A stretch of 64,000 nt of DNA from Octopus bimaculoides (taxonomy: Eukaryota), in contig NC_068983.1 in the NCBI RefSeq assembly GCF_001194135.2, positions 68,676,950 to 68,740,949 of the forward strand, read 5' to 3'. This document shows positions 57,766-64,000 of the stretch, piece by piece. The notes below the pieces were generated by a model. It ran no database searches. It was not told the DNA's origin and was given only the letters and a program-made list of their open reading frames with translations. The position numbers were made by a program, and so were the translations under genes. Each line of letters starts with the position of its first letter. Positions within the stretch are counted from its first letter, which is position 1.

Positions 57766-59042
57766 CTTCTTTTATTGAATAGTGATTTGTATGTATGTGA
57801 TATGTTGGTTGTGTTACGCTTCATCTTCTCGTCAGTTAGTGAAATGCTTCATTCGTTTTCTTTTTAGAGACGCTTTTTATATTAAATAGATTAATATTCT
57901 CTTTTTAGAATACCAATAAATTTCAAACAAGCTATGACGTTTTTCTGTCTCTTGCTTGACTTTCGCCAGTGCTTACTCTATTCCATTTGTTCTCTCTTTC
58001 ATTCTTTAGCAGTTTCATCACTAACCTCCATTCCCGATCTCTTCTCTGTTACAGCGAGACGTCGGAGTGGTACTTCTATGTGTACTCTACAACAGGTCCT
58101 GTGATAGAGGATGTGAACCCTCGTCTTCTCAATCATCGTCGCCAACCTTATGTCGATCCTTGATTTCAAGAACCAGGGAGATAATGCCGTATAACCTACT
58201 GTAGTCGATGGCAATCGTATCGTCCCAGATAGGAGTCCCTTCGCTACACTTTTGAGAACGCGGTGAACACTCTTACGGTTCTGGAGAAGGAGCGACATAT
58301 CACGTTTACCCATGTTCACTCTTAGAGAAATTCTTCAGGTAAAAAACTGTTGGCCTGATCTTAAACTGCTCGTAGTAGCTTGAGAGTGTAAGTTTGTATG
58401 CGTGAATAAGAATGTTCATTCTGAAGAGTTTAACTGTAGATGGAACCATGAAAATGGCTCAAATGAAGCTAAATATCCAATTCTTGGTCTACAGCAGTGC
58501 TAGTGATTGACCTGTATAACTGTGGTGCAGGTTAGAGATGAAAGTGGGCTGTGTGGGAAAGTCCCAGAAATCTGTAGGAAGAACTGGAAGTATAAAGTTT
58601 GAGGGTGACAGTAAGAGATGAGACACTCTGCGTGTATGTGTGCGTGGGTGCGAGTGTATGGGTGTGTGTGCGTAGGTGCGAGTGCGTGTATGTATATATG
58701 TGTGTGTTTATGTGTGTGTGTGTGTGTGTGTGAAACTGAAGTAGGATGAGGAGTGAAATAAGTACACAGAGTGGGTTTTAGTAGGTGGTGGTGAGGAAGC
58801 GTGTGGGGTGGCGATATAGATAGAGTTAGCAAGTTGTTTCAACCGTTCTCCTATTAGAAACTGGTCCTTTGTTTCTGTCTGTCTGTCTGTCTATGTGTTT
58901 GTCAGTTTGTCTCGCCTTGTCTGGCGAATGAAATGAGATCCTTAGCTTCACAGCGTTGCCTAATTACAGAGAAGGTTCGAGAGAAAATGTACACCCGAAC
59001 ACTGATTGCAAGAAAAACAGTTCGAATAGCGTTGGCGCCATA

Positions 59043-59043
59043 A

Positions 59044-59083
<40 letters not shown>

Positions 59084-59102
59084 TAATAATAATAATAATG
59101 AT

Positions 59103-59140
<38 letters not shown>
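59043..59140 (+). repeat. (AAT)n microsatellite running into a gap
   Basis: Read directly. Confidence 0.95.
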
Positions 59141-60415
59141 NNNNNNNNNNNNNNNNNNNNNNNNNNNNNNNNNNNNNNNNNNNNNNNNNNNNNNNNNNNN
59201 NNNNNNNNNNNNNNNNNNNNNNNNNNNNNNNNNNNNNNNNNNNNNNNNNNNNNNNNNNNNNNNNNNNNNNNNNNNNNNNNNNNNNNNNNNNNNNNNNNNN
59301 NNNNNNNNNNNNNNNNNNNNNNNNNNNNNNNNNNNNNNNNNNNNNNNNNNNNNNNNNNNNNNNNNNNNNNNNNNNNNNNNNNNNNNNNNNNNNNNNNNNN
59401 NNNNNNNNNNNNNNNNNNNNNNNNNNNNNNNNNNNNNNNNNNNNNNNNNNNNNNNNNNNNNNNNNNNNNNNNNNNNNNNNNNNNNNNNNNNNNNNNNNNN
59501 NNNNNNNNNNNNNNNNNNNNNNNNNNNNNNNNNNNNNNNNNNNNNNNNNNNNNNNNNNNNNNNNNNNNNNNNNNNNNNNNNNNNNNNNNNNNNNNNNNNN
59601 NNNNNNNNNNNNNNNNNNNNNNNNNNNNNNNNNNNNNNNNNNNNNNNNNNNNNNNNNNNNNNNNNNNNNNNNNNNNNNNNNNNNNNNNNNNNNNNNNNNN
59701 NNNNNNNNNNNNNNNNNNNNNNNNNNNNNNNNNNNNNNNNNNNNNNNNNNNNNNNNNNNNNNNNNNNNNNNNNNNNNNNNNNNNNNNNNNNNNNNNNNNN
59801 NNNNNNNNNNNNNNNNNNNNNNNNNNNNNNNNNNNNNNNNNNNNNNNNNNNNNNNNNNNNNNNNNNNNNNNNNNNNNNNNNNNNNNNNNNNNNNNNNNNN
59901 NNNNNNNNNNNNNNNNNNNNNNNNNNNNNNNNNNNNNNNNNNNNNNNNNNNNNNNNNNNNNNNNNNNNNNNNNNNNNNNNNNNNNNNNNNNNNNNNNNNN
60001 NNNNNNNNNNNNNNNNNNNNNNNNNNNNNNNNNNNNNNNNNNNNNNNNNNNNNNNNNNNNNNNNNNNNNNNNNNNNNNNNNNNNNNNNNNNNNNNNNNNN
60101 NNNNNNNNNNNNNNNNNCCACCACCGCCTCCGCCTCTTCCGTAATGCTGTAATAGCACCCATCGGTGCCATATTAATGCAGAAGCAAAATAATTATCGGT
60201 AACAAGATCTTATCCAAAGAATTTGTACTTAAAATTCCGCCCTAAGTAGATTCTTCGTTTCTTTTTGTCTTTTATTATATATATATATATATTTTTTTTT
60301 ACTGTAGTTATTCCTCTTTCTTTTCTTCTATTTCTTTCAAAAACAAAAACAAAAAAAAAGCTTCATACTATATAATTCTGAAATGATTAAAATCTTTTAT
60401 TTGTAAACATATTCA

Positions 60416-60660
60416 TGTAGATGTGTGTGTATGTATGTATGTATGCATGTATGTATGTATGCATGTATATCTATATATATATATGTATGTATGTATGTAT
60501 GTATATCTATATATATATGTATGTATGTATGTATATATATATTTTTTCAGGATTAAATAAAAAGCCAACAAACAGAATACACAGACACACACAATATATA
60601 CACATACACACACTCACACACACCCATATATATATGCACCCGCACACACAAGCACATTAA
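60416..60660 (+). repeat. (TATG)n/(TA)n/(CA)n compound microsatellite
   Basis: Read directly. Confidence 0.9.
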
Positions 60661-60929
60661 ATAAGTTTTGCATTATGTATATATTATAACATGTATATAC
60701 GAACTAAATTCTATAATCCTTTTGTGTATAAAATAACTGTCATAACTAAGAAGTGTCATAACCCAACGGGAGGTCACATCTCAAAAGTGTCATAACTTTG
60801 TTTCTCACTCACTTTTTCTTCTGATAATCTTCGCCGTTAAACACACACACACGCGCGCGCACACACATACATACATACACAAGAACTAATGCAATAGCTA
60901 TCTTAAAAGTTTAAGTATATATATATATT

Positions 60930-61251
60930 CTTTTATTCTTTTACTTTTTTCAGTCATTTGACTACGGCTATGCTGGAACGCCACCTTAAAGGGTTACAGG
61001 GACATGAACACACTAGTATCGGTTGTCAAGCGATGGCAGTGGGGAGACAAACACGGACACGCACACATAAAAACATATATATATATATATACATTTATAC
61101 ACACGACGGGCTTCTTTCAGTTTCCGTCTACTAAATCCACTCATAAGGCTTTGGTCAGTCCGAGACTATAGTAGAAGACACTTACCCAAGGTGTCACGCA
61201 GTAAGGATTGAACCCGGAACCATGTGGTTGTGAAGCAAGCTTCTTACCACA
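60930..61251 (-). mobile_element. SINE family A, abutting a gap
   Basis: Same modules as other copies. Further partial copies at about 21290-21510, 34320-34497, 43066-43238, 45795-45985, 47995-48200 and 50030-50300. Confidence 0.8.
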
Positions 61252-62977
61252 NNNNNNNNNNNNNNNNNNNNNNNNNNNNNNNNNNNNNNNNNNNNNNNNN
61301 NNNNNNNNNNNNNNNNNNNNNNNNNNNNNNNNNNNNNNNNNNNNNNNNNNNNNNNNNNNNNNNNNNNNNNNNNNNNNNNNNNNNNNNNNNNNNNNNNNNN
61401 NNNNNNNNNNNNNNNNNNNNNNNNNNNNNNNNNNNNNNNNNNNNNNNNNNNNNNNNNNNNNNNNNNNNNNNNNNNNNNNNNNNNNNNNNNNNNNNNNNNN
61501 NNNNNNNNNNNNNNNNNNNNNNNNNNNNNNNNNNNNNNNNNNNNNNNNNNNNNNNNNNNNNNNNNNNNNNNNNNNNNNNNNNNNNNNNNNNNNNNNNNNN
61601 NNNNNNNNNNNNNNNNNNNNNNNNNNNNNNNNNNNNNNNNNNNNNNNNNNNNNNNNNNNNNNNNNNNNNNNNNNNNNNNNNNNNNNNNNNNNNNNNNNNN
61701 NNNNNNNNNNNNNNNNNNNNNNNNNNNNNNNNNNNNNNNNNNNNNNNNNNNNNNNNNNNNNNNNNNNNNNNNNNNNNNNNNNNNNNNNNNNNNNNNNNNN
61801 NNNNNNNNNNNNNNNNNNNNNNNNNNNNNNNNNNNNNNNNNNNNNNNNNNNNNNNNNNNNNNNNNNNNNNNNNNNNNNNNNNNNNNNNNNNNNNNNNNNN
61901 NNNNNNNNNNNNNNNNNNNNNNNNNNNNNNNNNNNNNNNNNNNNNNNNNNNNNNNNNNNNNNNNNNNCAGGGACATGAACACACTAGTATCGGTTGTCAA
62001 GCGATGGCAGTGGGGAGACAAACACGGACACGCACACATAAAAACATATATATATATATATACACATATATACACACACACTCATATTTTGTGTTTCATT
62101 TTTCTTGTTTGAATTACCAAACCTACACACATACACACACGAGTGCGCGCGAGATGACTTGCCTTTGTTTTCATTAATATGTGAATATACTCTTGCATTG
62201 CATAATGCTGAGGAAACATATTGATGCAAATATGTACGAATAATTTTTGAATAATAAAATTGATATTACAAGATAAAAGTTACGAAACGGCTGTAATCAT
62301 ATGGCGGTCATATGGAAAAATGAATTTATCTTTACGTCTCATATCTCCTGACTTTATACATTGCTTACTCCATGCTGAGAAATTTAACGCTCAAATTTTC
62401 TGGATTTTCATTTACATTACCTAACATTACATTGTAATTGACTACTACGTGGACTGATAGCCGTCTCCGAATGAGGAGCTTACTGTGATAACCGCATAAT
62501 TCTCTGAATTCATAGTTGATGCTTTTATATTTAGTGACTTCGAAGTTTAGGCTTCCTTTCATCAAACTGTTGAACGCAAGCAAACTGAAACTCGGAAGCC
62601 ATTGTCAACCTTTTCCATGTAAAAGTTAATACACACACACACATGTATGTATACTCATACACATACATGTGTGTGTGTGTATTCATTTGCTTTTTGTGAA
62701 CAATAGCATTGACGTTGGATATCATTTTTTAATGAGATTATCACTAATCGCCTGTTCACTGATTTCTGGTGGCAAAGGCAACGAAGTGAGTATTTGTGAA
62801 ACACGGGTGGAATAGATATCACAATGTATGTTTGGTCCATGCACCGGTTTATCAACAATTTCCTCGCTTATGAGTGCGTCTTTCGCAGACACACTTACAC
62901 ACAGACAGATACACACACTTACACGCACTCAAGCACACTCACACATGCATACACACATACAGATAGTTTTCGATCAG

Positions 62978-63105
62978 ATCATCGTAATAATCCTGTATAA
63001 GGAAGGACTCAATAATGCAGACAGAGCAAGGATACTTGGTGCTTATTGTCACATATCAGAGCAAGATGTTTATGACTCCCTTTCCCTCAACATCACGTCC
63101 ATGAT
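62978..63105 (+). CDS. Candidate internal exon of an unidentified gene (IIVIILYKEGLNNADRARILGAYCHISEQDVYDSLSLNITSM-)
   Basis: ttttcgatcAG acceptor, GTATGT donor, only one open frame. Phase-compatible with the next candidate exon. No homology recognised. Confidence 0.3.
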
Positions 63106-63226
63106 GTATGTAAATCTTCTGAGGTTATTCCAGCTGTAAAAGGAAGGAAACCGAATGTAACGGTGTTCTTTTCATTACCTTAAAACAGTGTATTCCTAAG
63201 CTAGTTCTTCTCCCATTTTCTTTTAG

Positions 63227-63254
63227 GACGACGAATCTCATTCTATGGAAAAGC
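63227..63254 (+). CDS. Candidate short exon (M-TTNLILWKS), possibly longer
   Basis: Strong polypyrimidine acceptor ttttcttttAG and donor GTAAGA. The frame stays open. Confidence 0.25.
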
Positions 63255-64000
63255 GTAAGAGAATCCAATATTATTAAAAAGAACAATCTCTTGTTTGTTG
63301 TTGCTGTTACAGTCGTTATTGCAGCAGCAGCAGAATGTATTTTGAGAACCTCACGGTTGTTGATTAAGAGTCTTGACTTTCAGACTTACTGCGTTTAATG
63401 AGCTAGTGTATCTGATATGGTACCTAGTCAGGGTCATCACTATTAAACTGATTTTTAAAACGAGGCGAAGAGTTGGGGGCTTGCTTCGCCTTTGCTACTG
63501 TTTGCCTGGTACAGTAGAACTTCCAGAAATCAACCCATACTACCATAACCACGTTCCTTAAGCTACACCAGCACATTATCCCTGCCAGGCCACGTATCTC
63601 CTTAAAGACTACTGTAATTAATACCATTACTGCGTTTAGTTATTTATTCCAAGTGGCCTGACAATGTCCTTTTAATTTGTCACGTCTGCAACATCATTCA
63701 GTCCCTTTCCTAAGGATGTAAATTAACTTAAGAAATAATTTCTTCAAATTATTTCCCCTTTTCTCTGAAAGTTACTAATAATTGTCGCTAGGTCTCTGCT
63801 GTTCTTCTTCGGCGGAAATGGGGAACTTTCTGCATATTTATTATTTACTGTACGCGACATTCCGTACATCATTTTCTGACTTAAAGCTACACTCTGCAAA
63901 CTGTTGAATCAGTCATCCATTATACAGATCTCTTACAGCTTCTGACAGCAAATCGCACGCATGTATTTACTTCAGGAATGAGTTATTCATGTTACCGGCT

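Noticed and set aside
55780-58320. CpG-rich unique-looking tracts (55780-56150, 57960-58320 with a 106-aa ORF)
   Set aside because: No recognisable domain or consistent splice signals; probably old TE remnants.
60997-62058. Identical ~90-bp SINE segment on both sides of a gap
   Set aside because: Most likely an assembly artefact; cannot be told from a tandem duplication without reads.
7111-62177. Long ORF-track entries dominated by X (e.g. 24443-25394, 35963-36534, 58902-60171, 61194-62177)
   Set aside because: They are open only because they run through N gaps.
4355-62928. ORFs rich in CVCV, HTHT, YIYI, SSSS, NNNN or MMMM
   Set aside because: These are translations of (TG)n, (TA)n, (CAT)n, (AAT)n and (TAC)n microsatellites.

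Overview
Eukaryotic (animal) genomic DNA. It is AT-rich, has many N gaps, and is dense in microsatellites, tRNA-derived SINEs and RTE-LINE fragments. The repeat content suggests an octopus genome (inference). Two spliced genes lie head-to-head. TMEM141 is on the minus strand: coding exons 1-2 are at 3958-3893 and 376-310, and the gene continues off the left edge. EXOSC2/RRP4 is complete on the plus strand: 8 coding exons, 7531-41177, 292 aa. EXOSC2 intron 4 has textbook U12 (minor spliceosome) signals, and a probable extra intron starts 59 nt after the stop codon. The most notable unexplained structures are: a ~460-nt foldback in EXOSC2 intron 1 with a minimal hammerhead-ribozyme motif in each arm; a second hammerhead motif at 49.7 kb; a perfect 19-bp hairpin upstream of TMEM141 that buries a GTAAGT splice donor; several inverted LINE pairs in introns (potential dsRNA/ADAR substrates); a 5'-inverted (twin-priming type) RTE copy; and two decayed mariner transposons. 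The right third of the window is mostly intergenic, with one weak two-exon candidate near 63 kb. No prokaryotic features, CRISPR arrays, rRNA or true tRNA genes were found. Most ORF-track entries are gap, microsatellite or TE artefacts. TE boundaries are approximate unless a TSD or TIR is given. SINE family letters are my own working labels.
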